Part shown: positions 26,402 to 39,878 of the stretch, piece after piece
Numbering within the stretch: position 1 is the first letter of the stretch
How the letters are laid out: the number at the start of each line of letters is the position of its first letter
Assembly (NCBI GenBank): GCA_964023285.1
Contig: CAXIEN010000093.1
Coordinates: 2,311,739-2,375,738, forward strand
Source: Larinioides sclopetarius
Taxonomy: Eukaryota
Length of the DNA stretch: 64,000 nucleotides
Direction: 5' to 3'
Position numbers and translations under genes: made by a program
Notes under the pieces: model-generated
Database searches by the model: none
The model's input: the letters and a program-made list of their open reading frames with translations, nothing else
Told to the model about the DNA's origin: nothing

Positions 26402-27905
26402 TACACTCATGTCCATAAATTAAGGATAATTCAGAATCACACAGAAATTGAACTCTAAAATAAAAATTTCACCTGTAGAATTATCACACACATCTTGAAG
26501 AATATGCAAATTACAGGAAACCACCAGATGGCGCGGATAGTTCCTCACAATGACGAGAATGTAAGAGAGGGGTATATAAGGAATGGTGGCAAAGAAGTAA
26601 AATTGTTCACAAGCGCTTTAAAAGCCTTTCAGTGCAATAACCGCATAGTTATGGCACAAAGGAAGCATTTGGATGATTTTTTATGTGGTAGAATTATCGG
26701 AAGACTGGAATGTGGATGTACCCAGCTGGAAGTATCCGAGGAACTTGGAATCGCCCAGAGAGTCATCTCCAGGCTTTGGCAACGATTCCAAGATAATGGT
26801 AATGTGAGTAGATGTTACAGCACAGGTCGCCCCTGAGTTACAACGCCGAATGAGGACCCGTATTTGGCAGTTACTGCCAAAAGAAACAGGCGGAGCACAG
26901 CATCAGACCTGTCTCGTCAGCTCTCTTCAGCTACCGGTACGACAGTTTCAAGGCAGACCGTGTACAGATGCTTAGGGCACATTGGTCTATATGCTCGTAG
27001 GCCTGTCAGATGTGTTCCACTTACCACAACTCACTGTCGGCTGCGATTAGCCTGGAGTAGAGAGCATGCATTGTGGACACCGCAACAGTGGTCTTGTGTG
27101 ATGTTTTACGACGAGTCCAGGTTTAGTTTGCAGTCTGATTCTCACCGGACTTTCATATGAAGAGTGCCAGGTACCCGTTACCACCAAAAGAACGCCATTG
27201 AACGACACTGTTACGGTGGTGCAGGATGGCTCGTTTGGGGAGGAATTATTCTTGGTTCCAGAACTGACCTGCATGTTCAGAGTGTAACGATGACAGGCCA
27301 CATCTATCGGGATGTCATTCTGGAACAACATGTAGGTTTGTGTAGGGGCGCCATGGGTGCTGAATTTCTGTTTATTGATGACAACGGCCGTCCTCACCAT
27401 GCAAACATTGTAGACGAATGCCTTCAATCAGAGGATATCACCCGTATGGATGGGCCAGCATACTCACCAGACTTGAATCCAATAGAGCATGTGTGGGATA
27501 TGCTTGGCCGACGAATTGCAGCCCGTCAACTCCCTCCCACGTTATTACCGGAACTTCGGAGGGCATTGCTTGATGAGTGGTGTAATATTCCCCAAGATCA
27601 GATTGATAATTTGATACTCAGCATGCCTAGGCGTTGTAAGGCCTGTATTGCATTGTCTGGGAGACACTCTGTATTAACCATCATACTAACCATGTTATAC
27701 TGTTTTTTGTAAATAGGTTCTTTTTAGAAATTTGCTCCAGGGAGTAAAAATCGCAATTTTTATTAATAGTGTTAAACATATAGCATCTTTTTTGCTCTTT
27801 ACCTTTTGTTTAATAAATAGACTTTACAAATAAGTCAAATTTGTTTTGCTTCTGTCTCTTTCTTTGCCTGAACTTCATTATCCTTAATTTATGGACATGA
27901 GTGTA
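26402..27905 (+). mobile_element. Tc1-like (Tc1/mariner superfamily, DD34E) transposon, 1504 bp, perfect 29-bp terminal inverted repeats, TA target
   Basis: Left TACACTCATGTCCATAAATTAAGGATAAT (26402-26430). Right ATTATCCTTAATTTATGGACATGAGTGTA (27877-27905) is the exact reverse complement. The internal ORF carries the Tc1 signatures WS.VMFYDESRF, FIDDNGRPHHA and YSPDLNPIEHVWD (D..D..34..E). Confidence 0.95.
26495..27715 (+). pseudogene. Tc1-like transposase gene interrupted by two in-frame stop codons (TGA at 26837 and TGA at 27161). No frameshifts.
   Basis: ORFs 26495-26836, 26864-27160 and 27164-27712 are all in the same frame (start mod 3 = 2). Concatenated they give an about 405-aa transposase with an HTH-like N-terminus (RLWQRFQDNGNVSR) and a DDE domain. 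Confidence 0.9.
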
Positions 27906-28639
27906 CATAAAGATATTACCTTCTTTTGTATTTAATCTTTAGTAAACGTTTGGTGCAGTTGAGCAAAATGTGTACAGTCATCACCAATTAGTTGTTTTTG
28001 CATTGTTGTGCTTTCTAAATAAAATTAATGAAATATTTCTATTTTATACACATTTATAATAAAGAGGTGAAAGTAAGTTGTCACTGGTTAATCCTCTTTT
28101 GAGACTAGTTTTGAAAAATACTAAATTATTGAGATAGGAACTTAATCAAGATGCCGAGGATCAGATTATCCAAACATCTAATCAATTGAAAACAATTTTC
28201 CGATTCTTTCTTTCTGTTGTGTTTATTGAAATATTGAGGTTTCCACAATACATATGTTATAACCAATGCAGAACAAAATTGAGAATTTAAAACAGTTTTT
28301 ACCTTTCATAACATTCTAGTCAAAATTCTATTAAAGAAATTCTTTAGTGGCTGAACTTGATTAATTCTTTGTTAATTAAGTAATTGTTCTGATTTTTATT
28401 AATATTGTTACGGACATGGAAAGTTGCTTCCTAGCGGCGTCACTCTCCTCACTGGAAAGAGAGTTCTACAGGAGTATGTATGGGAATGTGCTTGAATAAA
28501 TGAAGCCATTGACCATCTGAGCTTGGCGACCATATGGCCATTTATCGCCAGGTTTGGAGAGTTTAGTGACAAAAACTAGGTTCTCAAATCTGCTAAAATT
28601 TTCTGCATAACTCCATTAGAAGAGGAGATATAGAACTTC

Positions 28640-28970
28640 CATGAAAAATGTATGGGACTTCATGCATGACATCACAGCCTTTCTGGGGAAGCTATATAAG
28701 CTGCGCTTGGATTGCGAAGATGGAATGTTATTCGATTGCGAGTGTTTGTAGCTCGACTGTGAAGCAATCAACTGTGAGCAAAGGTTGCTTGTATTCGAGT
28801 GTGGAATCGCCTTTGATGAGTGAACATCTTTGGAGCTTCATCCACTGTGTAAGCCAGAAGGCTGACTGACGATGCCAGAGTGAAGAGAGTGTTGATCGCA
28901 GTGAACATCTATGGACTTCAAAGAATCTCTTCTGTGAATTGTTCACTCTGCGAGTTATCAGCAGTTGACG
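28640..28970. repeat. Degenerate short tandem repeats (about 20-60-bp units: gattgcga..., (c/g)agtgaacatct...)
   Basis: Recurrent motifs gattgcgaagatgg / gattgcgagtgtttg / gactgtgaagc, and gagtgaacatctttggagcttca / cagtgaacatctatggacttca. Confidence 0.5.
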
Positions 28971-30180
28971 TTTAGTGCTGTTATTCCTGTTATTGTTAGT
29001 GATTTTCTATCTGCTTGTATTGCTTTTTGAGCAAGTTTGCTGTTTTCCTGATACCTGTGCTTTGTGTTTTCTTGAAAATTCGAGAATAAAGTGTTATTCT
29101 CCCATTATACCTGTTAGTTTGACTGTCTTCACTGCACACACAATGGATGGATTTTTTGTAACAATCCATAGGGGTTTTAAAAAAGGCATTTTATTTTTCA
29201 ATGTATTTTGTCGCGTTTAGTTATTTTTATCCTGTAAACAGATACATTTTTATCCTATGTTTAACAAAACTAAAAAATCAGTAGGTGAAAGGATAGCATT
29301 TCGTTTTTCTCAAGAGAAATACACCTGAAAACATTTTATAGCCATAACTTTCAGCCAAACATTCTGGATTGTGAATATTCAGTCATCACATTTCTTTCTT
29401 CTTCATTTGCTTTTTGTTTTGAAAATATAAGTTCTCTCTCTCTATAGCACTTTCAATATGAGGATTTTACAAATTGTCCATTTCATCGTTTTATTGTATT
29501 TGATTTAATTTAATTGGTCAGGTATATGGACTGTTAGGTGCTGACTCATATTATTGCATTATAGTTTGATGATGATGACACCTGAGCCAGACTTTCATAG
29601 TTCATAAACCCAGCATCATTTGTTTCCCAACTAGGTTCACATGCATTAGATACACCATCTTCTGGCATTTGTACTAACCTAGTTCTTTCATGAGTCCTGG
29701 GAGCTCAATTTATTTCAAATAGTAAGGTGTAAGTAATCTGTAAAAAGTATTTCTGCAATTTTCATTTACTTTTGAAACACTTTTCAGAATTTGACTCTAT
29801 AACTCCAAAGTTATTTCAAGTCATATGAATTTTTTTGAACAAAGGTGGTTGTGTTGCAGAGAGATATTTTTTAAAATTCTATTAGTAATTTATTAAAAGC
29901 TACAGTAACCTTATTTTATTTATAATGTTTATTTGCAAAAAGCACATGTGATTTATTACAAGTTTCATGTTATTTAAGACATTAATTTCTTGTGAAAGGC
30001 ATATTAATAATCATATATACAGGTTTCTAAAAAAAGGTCTTTATTATTTTAAACTTTAATGAGAAAATATGAAAAGATGGAACACAATGCAGTTTGCAGT
30101 AAAAAAATGAAGAAACCTAAACACTTTTCTTTTAACCAATTTAACCGTATTTAAGCTTTTTTTATTAGAGGAAGAAGTTT

Positions 30181-30215
30181 AATTCTGTATTCACACACAC
30201 GCACACACACACACA
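30181..30215. repeat. (CA)n microsatellite with one G interruption
   Basis: cacacacacgcacacacacacacaa. Confidence 0.9.
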
Positions 30216-30949
30216 ATTTATAACCAAAAATTCTTTTATAACATTTTGGTCTGTGTCGGTCAAGATTGCTAACTGTAACCATTCCTTTAAATGAGAAGCA
30301 TGTGTTTGATAACATTGTCTTCATATAACTCCACAAGAAATCCTATAAAGCTATTTTGAAATATTGCCAACAAGGAGAGAACACGACTTGGGAAATTCAG
30401 TTTGGATGAAATTTGGCCTTTTAATAGCCTAAGTTTAGTATGTTCACCCTTTAATGTAAAAAAACTGTAATGCCCATAAATTTTGGAGGTATAGGCCCTC
30501 AAACTTTGGACGCTGTTTATATACCAGTAAGTGTTGTTTATAATAGTAATTTCACAGCACATTTGGCAGCATATACCAGAATGCTATATGCTAGATTGTC
30601 AATTTGATACTCAAGAATTTTTTTCATTTTTTTTGAGAATTATTGAAAATTAAAGAAACATTTTTTGATTAAGATTTTAATGTATAAATAATCTTTTATT
30701 CACATGGCACTTGTGTGAATTATAAATCAAATTTAATTTATCAGCAGAAAAATAATTATAAATTGATTTAAAATTAAAAATAATGATCGTAATTAATATT
30801 ATAATCATAAAATAATCGAAAGTTGAGTTATAGCTATAAATATTTGGTTTTTTCTGTATCTTGAAAACAAAAGAGAGCAGATGGTAGTGTATTGAATGCA
30901 TTTGTGGTTGGTTTAATAGTTTAATGATCAAATGTAAATATTAGAGAAC

Positions 30950-31795
30950 GGCTGTTTGTTACAGGGTGCAAAACAGAACCAAGAAACCAGGGATTTCAGG
31001 GAAAAATTAGGGAATTTTATTGATCTGAAAAAATCAGCAGAGTCAGGGAAATTCGTAAAAGTATCTAAAAATCAGGGAAAATTGCTGATAAGAGCATTTT
31101 GCACTAAGTATAAGCTCCATCGGTGATTTGTTTTAAGTGTTATTGGCAAACATTTATTATATTTGTTACTTGAGTTATTCTTTTCTGTAAATTGATATCT
31201 CATGTCTAGAATTTTTAAGAAATTAATTCACTTATATGCATAAAATCTTTAAGTTTTGATTTAGAGCAATGGATTTCATTTGATTTCTTAAAGAGTAAAG
31301 ATATGAAGTGATACTTTGGCAGTTCTCTTTATAAATATATATTCATAGGCACATACAATTATACTATTTTGAATTTATGCTGTTATATTTTATTCTGATA
31401 CTCATGCAAAGAGCGCTAATTAGTTATACAACTGTTTAAGAATTTTGATCAATGATTATAATAACCTTAATTGTTATATAATCTAACTTGTTAAGTTTTT
31501 AATGTTAGTGTTTCTTAGAATTCGTGTGTAGTTTTAGATGCAAAGTATATTGTTATAATTTCCAGTGTTTTTTACATATAAGAGATATACTGTTTTAAAA
31601 TGTTTATTCCATTTTTTAAAATTAAATTTTATAAAAATATTTTTTCATATTAAATACCTAGAAATTTTTTTAATAGTATATTTGTACATATACAGTGATT
31701 CTGAGTAGGGAGAAATCCAAGAAACTAATCAAATCAGTAGCTGTAAATCATGAGAATTTTGTAAGTTTAATCAGGGAAAAACTCACATGATTCCA
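30950..31795. mobile_element. Repeat family with terminal TCAGGGAAA subrepeats, copy A (unclassified non-autonomous element)
   Basis: Homologous over its length to 42500-43265. Start ...ccagggatttcagggaaaaattagggaattttattgatctg..., middle ...ctcatgcaaaga.c..taattagttata.aac.gtttaa..., end ...cagt.attctgagtagg.agaaa...gaaactaat.aaat.cagtag...tcagggaaaa. Confidence 0.75.
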
Positions 31796-33382
31796 ATGAT
31801 TGGAAAGGGAAAATGTGTAATTGTTTTAACTCATTTATATGGTATGAAATTCTTCTATCATGCTATTCTTATTCCTTTAAAAACTCTAAACAAACATAGT
31901 TATTCACCAAGGATTTTGAATTGTTTCTTATTGTTTTTTGATTAAATTAGCATAATACAAATAATTAAAATATTTCATGAATAAATAGATAGCTAATGAA
32001 ACAGAGTTTAAAAATGGAACTGTACAAAAAAAAAGAACCATTTTTGAACAATCACCATTTATTAATTCTCCAAATTATGAATATATTTCTTTCTAATGCT
32101 TTCGTGGTTATTATTATCATTCTGGTTCTTTTATGTAATTAAATATAGAATTACCAGTAGTAAACAAAAGATAAGTTTTAAAATAATTTATAATAACCCT
32201 AATTTTAGAAAGAATTTCTGAAATTTATGAATAACAAACTCTAAACAAAAATGTCTCATGATGTGCACCATTAGAATTATTATTTATTACCCTTAAAGAT
32301 GTGTTTGATATGTGGTTCTACTTATAAAATAAACTCTAATATATGTATCATATGAATGAACAGTTATTTTATGCTTAAAAATAATTGATATTTTAACTCA
32401 ATTTTTAAAATTTTTTTAATTTAAATTGGAATAATTCTGAAGAAATAAAAATGAAAAAAATTCTTGAGGATCGACCTGATAATCTAACGGATAGCATTCT
32501 GATGTGCTAACAACTGTGCTATTACTATCACTTACTGGTATACAAACTGTAGAAGACACTTACTGGTACATAAACTGTGCCAAATTCACACTAAACATTT
32601 ATTGTTTTGCTCATTTTCAGCTGAAGTGTGTGGGTTCTCTGAGCCCCATATCCTAATATTATGGTGGTGAATCTTTCCAAACACATGGAATGTGCTAATA
32701 TAGAACTACATTGAAAGAACCGTTAAAGACTGTATTAGATTTCTTTATTCTTTTGCTGCAAACTACATTTCATTATTAATGTTTAGAATAGTACAGAGAT
32801 TTATCTCGAATACCCTTTATTTCTGATTCCATCCACCACACAATAGGCAGTTGTAAGAATGTAATAAATAAGAAATGGTAAAGTTATATATCTGAGCTCC
32901 ACCTGGTATTCTAGGATAAAAAAATGTTTTGTTGGCAGTTTCTATTTGAATTTCTCAAAATCAACATAATTGAAATCATTTCATTTTTATAATTTTTTAT
33001 ATGATTTGTTTATTTTTTTTTTTACTTTCCCAATAGATCTTTTTTTTAAATCTTTGAATTAATTCCTGGTTGTATTTATGACTTTGCTGTTTTAAATGTT
33101 AATTAACAAAAAAAATTGAAACTTATGTTTATAAATTTGATCTTTGAATTGAAATTGTATATACATAATTTTATTGCCATAGCTTCTCATTGGGTTGTTT
33201 CAAGAATAAAAATATATTCATTTTTTGATGTAAGGAATTCTGATTATTTATTGCAGTTTTAATCCCTTACAAGAAAAATTTTAATTTATGGAATTTGTTT
33301 TAATGTTTTTGTGAAAATTTTAATGAAATAAGTGTGTGTGTTTTATGTGTACAATTGATCGATCAAATGTGTTTCTTTATAG

Positions 33383-33518
33383 CATTTCTGATATGAAATC
33401 TGGGACTGCTGTTTCATCTCGAAAAAGGAAACTTCACTCATCATATTTAGAAAGCTTAACAAAAGAAAATGCTTTAACAAGCACAGTAAATAAATTCCTG
33501 CCGAAACGTAAGACATAA
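33383..33518 (+). CDS. Candidate terminal exon (S)ISDMKSGTAVSSRKRKLHSSYLESLTKENALTSTVNKFLPKRKT*; basic NLS-like SRKRKL and a KEN motif
   Basis: Acceptor ctttatag|C. Reading frame is phase-compatible with the exon at 25735-25859. Ends with TAA at 33516-33518. Confidence 0.3.
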
Positions 33519-34613
33519 TTTTTGTATGCTATTTTCTGCATATGGCAATTTATTATAAATTTGTATTTTAATAATCCGTCCCAATAAGTTTTGGGAATAA
33601 TTAGTAAAAGGCTTGGCAGATTACCTTAAAATTAGTGATTTTTTTTGTTAAAAATTAATTATTTTGAGATTGTATCAATTTGTGTACTGTTCAATATTTT
33701 TTTATGCAAGTGAATTTTTAATTTTTCAATGAAAAATGCTTAATTTCCCATTGTGTTGTTTATGAAGTGATGAGGGAAAAAATACTAACCTGTCCCCAGA
33801 TTTAAAAAAAAATTCATAATAGTAAATATACTTTAATAATATGAAAATAGCTTCATGCCTTGTTCTTTTGAATAAATCCCACTGCACTGATTTTAGATAA
33901 ATTATTTTAGACAACATCAACTTTTTTTTGTATGACAATAAAATGATCTTGAAATGCTTCTCCTATGAATTATGCATGTCTATACAAAAAATTGTTTGAA
34001 AATAATGTTTTTAATTTACTCTGTATGTTTATACAAATTGATGTCAGATAATAATCAAAATTTTGACCTTCCAAAAGGCTATTTTTTATGCATTTGTAAT
34101 TTGTGTGTATTTTTTGCATTTTTATTGTAATTTATTGATCTTGTAACATTCATCAGAAATATTACTACTATAGTTGATTAGGTTAGGTATTTTTTTTAGA
34201 TTCCTTAAAAAGATTTTCATGATATAAAAGCAAACTTTTTAATACACAATAACAACCATTTACTGAAATTTTTCTTGTGCCTTTTATATCTGAACTTTGC
34301 AGTATTTCACCTCTGATGGTGCTTTAGTAATTTCTTGCTCAAAGATTGATCTAACTTCAAATATGCTAAACCTGTTCTAGTCTCCTATACAGAAAAACTA
34401 AAATAAGTTAGTAACTTATTATTATTGCTTAATGGGTCTTTTGAATATTTCTTAATTATCTGTTTAAAATATAATATAGTGATCTCTCACTTATGCACGG
34501 GCACTGGGGACAGCGAAACAAATTGTGTGCATAAGTGAAAAATCACAAAAGGGAACTTAAAAGTGATACATCAATGCAACAAACATATTTTGTTAATTAA
34601 TGTTTTGTATATA

Positions 34614-35438
34614 CAGTATAAAGCCGGTTATCCGAAGTCAACTGGACCACAACGATTCCTGATTTTTGGGTGACTAAATTTATGAAGAAAATGTATTTTG
34701 CTGTTGATTTACCGATAAATACGATAATTTACATAAAAAAGATATTATATTAAAATTTTAAAACATTTATTTTTTCGGTATAATTTTATTATAGAATGAG
34801 TAAAGAAGAGAGCAAAACACACGTGTCCCGATTACTGTTCAATATTGCACCCTATATCTCATGAAGTATTGACATACACAATATTGACAAAATATAAATA
34901 TATTAAATATAAATAATTTTCAACATGGAATAAATTATTTCAAATGTTACGAAGGGCTGGGTGCAATTTCGTTTACCAGTGCCGCTAACGACACCGCAAA
35001 CCTCCATGTCAAAAGTGCAATCATTGCCTTGTGTTTAAGTGGCCACTGCTTAAAAGGTCCCCAAGAAAAATAGTTCTCGGTAGTTTTAGAGTTTAAAATT
35101 AGAAAATTCTTAGAAATTTGAAAATGAACTCAGATTTTACAGAAGTTGTGATTTTTGTGTATATATTTAAAGTAAAATCACTTGCAAGTCAAGTAATATC
35201 ACTTGTAAAAGGTATTTATTTTGTAACTTAAGCAATTGAATACAGCCGAAACATAAACATGATGGAATATTGGAAAATGCCTCTCAAGGTTAGATTTCTG
35301 GCTGTGATTCGTTCCTATCAGCCTTTTCTCCACTGCCAACTTAAGTTGGAAATTTTTTTTAGACGAAATAAACTTTTGGTGAAATTAACGGTTAAAAATG
35401 TTCAGTTTTTTGGAGTCTGGATTATCGGCGTCATACTG
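34614..35438. mobile_element. Non-autonomous Tc1/mariner-type element, family M copy 2 (825 bp)
   Basis: Termini CAGTATAAAGCCGGTTATCCGAAG ... CGGATAATCGGCGTCATACTG (inverted, CAGT ends as in Tc1). Collinear with copies 1 and 3. Confidence 0.8.
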
Positions 35439-38400
35439 TGTTACTGAAAAATTTAAATAACAATAGTTTCAAAATGTAAATATGTGGATAACTTGCATTA
35501 ATTATTTTTTTAAGAACACAAAGAAAATGGAAATGTTTTCACACCTGAATTTTGTTTTGCTCATATTAAGGCACAAGTTTCCTTATTGTTCAAAAAATGA
35601 ATTTCTTCAAACAGTACCACAACTTTCTCAAATTCTTCCGAATTGACACCTTCAGGCCTCATAGTCCTCCTATATTTTCTCAATTTGGGAGATATTCTCC
35701 TATATTTTCATATTAACTCCTATATTTTTTTATGTCTTCCTTTAAATGGTATCCAAAAATTCAAAAATTAATTCCTTCACAAAGCATTCTCTGAAGATTT
35801 ATTCTAATTTAACTGACTAAATGGCTGTACTGATAAATAATGGCACTAATGGTTCCACTAATAAAATGTTAAATACAATGTACCCTTGATATTTCAAAAA
35901 CTTTGATTGCTCGAAAAATATTTAATATATTTCCCCATAAAATTTCATATTTCTATAATGTTAATTGCTTTCTCGAAGAGTTTTCACTCAAAACCTTAAT
36001 ATGCCAAATTCGTTTAAGTCTTTCTCTTTTTTTTTGAAAATCACTGTTTAGCCACATTGTGACCTTCAAGAAGGTATGTGATACTTTGCAGAATCACCAG
36101 GGTGCGTAGCGTCATTAAAAGTGCTTAAAAATGCTTATATTTGAAAACTGTTTAAACACCTTAAAAAAGTTTAATGTTGGAGAAATGGTCCTTAAAAAGT
36201 GCTTGATTTTCTCAAGAAATGCAAAGAAAATATTCCTCTTTCAAAATATCAGATGTTGAAAACTTATATATCAAGAATAAGAACCAACAAAATGTAAGAA
36301 TATGGAGAAGGAATTCAGGGTGATATAGATCCAAGAGAGTCCAGTCAAGATCCTGTGGAAAAAAACATTAAATCATCTAGTATTTGATAAATGATACATG
36401 TTCTCGTGAAGGGCTGATGATGAACATACAGAAAGTTTCTGGTCCTGAAGGGGAAGCTTGTGCCGTCATCTTGCATTTTATCCTATCATTTTAGTTTTTC
36501 TTAAATATTCAGAAAAAATTCCATTTTGAAATTGCAATTGATATATCAAATTAAAAAGCTCGGAATTCGCTTCAAATGCATGCTTTTATTTTTCTTCTAG
36601 CTTAAATAATTTCTGCGATAATGTCTTAAATTTTGCACCCATCTTGGGTTTGTCATCCTTTTTTTAATCTTTTCTTTATTACTTCAAAAATTATTCATTC
36701 AGTTGTAATGCAACCAATTTAATTGTTGTAAAATTCTCTGCAAATACTTGCTTTTATTTTTCTCTTTAGTTTCAATAGTTTTTGAAATATTCATGAAAAA
36801 TAAAAAAAAGGTAGTTAAAATACAAGTTTGTGGAAACTTTGAGACCCATTACTTTGGAAACTATTAAGGATAGAAATAACATAAAGGTATGCATTGGTAG
36901 GGAATTTTTTGCTATTTAGTTTTCTGATTACATAAATTTTGCAAAGTAAATATTTTTTAAGTTATTAAAGAAACTTAAAACAGATATGAAATTCAGGCAA
37001 ACTGAAAGGCTCATTATCTCGGAACCTATTTAATCTAAAAGAAAAATTAAAGCATGTAGTTTTTGGAAATTTCACCCTCTTTAATTTGTTAAATTGGTTG
37101 TAATTTGAAGGTTGGATGATATTTGGTTTATTCAAGAAAAAACAATTAAGGGGAAGAAATCCATGTTGGTGATTTAAGTTTCTCCCTCAGAACAGGTTAC
37201 TTGTAATATTTTCAACAAAAACCTATCAAAAACTTGTTTTAAAATTTCAAAACTTTATATGATTTGTCTTTTTTTCAACTCTTCATTTATTGGACTATTT
37301 ACCTTTTCCCCATTTCCTCAATAATGAACACAACTGTATAATGAAGCACTAGAGTAGACATCACAAAGAAGCAAATAACTGGTTATTTATTAATTTTAAG
37401 AAATATTGAAAAAGATCACTGATATTTATATTCAATCTTTTAAAAAAGATTATTTATAATTTTATTATTGAAGTAGTTATTTAATTTTTGGCAATGTCAG
37501 TTTGCATTATTTTTATAATTTCAAACCAAAAAAAGCATCCTTTATTTTACAATAGAAAACATTGTGTAAATACAAAAATAAATATCAAAATTAAAAAAAT
37601 GCAAATTTGAAGTTTAAAAATATACACATTTAAAATTTTTCAATAACAATTATGCAGTATTATAAAATGAAAAGCATATGCTTAGAAAAAACCTTGGTCT
37701 ACAATTTGCATATGTGTGCATGTACTTAATTTTTACTACAATTTATTGTTACGCACCCTGAACACATACTTTCCCCTGCCAGAATTCGTAACAATGTATA
37801 AAATTCCTCAAGTTACACCAAACAAATTGATGATTACTGGTCTAATAAATTATAAATGAAAAATAATTTTGGCAGTGGTAAACCCATTGGAGCAGCATTG
37901 AGCATATATCATGGACAGGTTGATGGTGAACGTGATTTTTCTGTAAATCCTCGCTATGGGACAACTTGTGCTTCTTTCAATGAAAAGATAATTATCAGTC
38001 TTCACTCAGTTGCGGCGGGAATCTGAAGCAGATGTGGTGATGTAACAAAGATTCCCGTCTCTCCCAAGATGCTGAAATCTTTTTGAGAAGCCCACAAGTT
38101 GTGTAAAGAATATTTAAAAGAAAATAAAGAGGACAGGGAAAATTTAAATTTGAAGAGGAAGTGGGATGATGAATTGAAAAATTTAGAAATCAAGAAAACA
38201 TTAAAAAAAGAGTTAATTCTAGCTATTAATTAAGCAAAGCTACTACGAGACTATTTAAAGCAGTTCATAATAACAATATGGTGGAAGTATGCTCTGCACA
38301 ATCCCTTCTGCAGTCAGGGTACAAAATGGTTACTGAAAAGGGAGAAGAACTCAAAGGTGAATTGCAACTTAATTTGATAAAAAAAAGTTTAGAAAAAATA

Positions 38401-39149
38401 GTTTTTTTTTGTTTGTTTACATTTGTTATATTGGTATAATGTCCAATATAACAGACTTTGATTGGAAATTGTTGGTTAAAAAAATCAGGTTTTGTCTAAT
38501 GTGCTCCAACAGTGTAATTCTGGAACATTAAAATGTTCCACTAAAGCATTTTTTGAGGTGCAAAGCATATTTTAACAGCATCCATTTTTAATGAAAGGTA
38601 CAATTTCGTTCTTTTCACCAATTTGAGACGTAACCATCAAACCAAAACTCCAAAGATGTTTCTTTTGTTAGTAATCCATGTCGTGTGGTGCTCTTTAATT
38701 GGCTGCTGTATAATGGCAACTTTTGCTGATGTCAATCACAAGAGCCCCCACGTACACCCCTGTGTATAATGTAGAGTAATATGTTCCTGGAATCTGAACA
38801 ATAGAGTAAAGGCGGGAGAATGCATCCCTAGAAACAGACCAAGAAGTGTTTTTGTTTTGCTGGAAAATAAATCTTTGTGAACTGAGAAAATTTTTGCCAT
38901 GTGCATAAATTAGAGGTGCTTTTTTTTAGTGTGGCACAAAAATGATATGAGTTATTATTTTCTGATATCTGGGGTCGAGACTGTGAAAAAAACATGTACA
39001 AAAGAGAGCACATATAAGTGAGAGATCACTGTAGTTATTAATCAGTTTATATTTCATTAATACTTTTTTGGTGATAAAAAGAGACATGGTTGTTCATAGC
39101 TGCTTTTCCTGAAAAGAAAAAAGTCTGTTCAAAGAAAAAAAAGAAGAAA

Positions 39150-39228
39150 ATGTATCTTGCTTGCCGGAGTGCTAGGTATCTACATGGACCTGCTGATTCT
39201 AGATCTAGATCGAGAAGTTCAGAAAATG
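39150..39228 (+). CDS. FG-repeat gene, candidate first coding exon (MYLACRSARYLHGPADSRSRSRSSEN + 1 nt), donor ATG|GTAAGT
   Basis: ATG at 39150 and a strong donor. The leftover G plus GT of the next exon gives Gly, in frame with 40781-40828. Confidence 0.45.
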
Positions 39229-39878
39229 GTAAGTGGATGTCTACTAAAACATTTTGGCTGAGCTGTATTTAATGTTAATCAGTTAAGTATTTAACTGATT
39301 ATGTCAAAATGTTTTGTTTTATATTTTCTTATTGAAAAAATATTACAGTCAAACATTCTCTTTGGCAATTCTGGATTTGGGATAATTCTGGATTTTGAAT
39401 CATTTTAATGTTAAGAAATAAATTTAACATCATAAAACACATCATTCAATTCAAAATTAAACAAAAAACTTATTTATTACTTGTTTTCTTTGATTTATAA
39501 ACATACTTAATATTATTCCTTTCTTATTTTAACATTTAAACAAAACATTTAATTTAAAATGAGTTGCTTTATTAATTTTGGTTTTTGATTAAGTAATTTT
39601 TATTTCATGTATTGCCACTATATACAACTTTGTCTATAATAAAATAAAGTCCCTTGATCAAGTCTTCTTGTTTCTATGTTCAATACTTTCTCTAAGCTGT
39701 CAATTGGCATTTTATTTTCACATGTGTTTTTTCTTTACTCTTCTGCCTATTGGATACCAAAGTTTTTGAGTTCATCAACATCATGCTCTATATTTTGGCA
39801 TCGTATCGTAGCAATGCAGAACTTCAAGGGCATCATCTTCAGCAATTTCTTGTCCTCTTAAATTGATGAACTCAAATA

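Noticed and set aside
27047-27427. 126-aa minus-strand ORF
   Set aside because: It is antisense to the Tc1-like transposase reading frame, a typical shadow ORF of a GC-richer coding segment.
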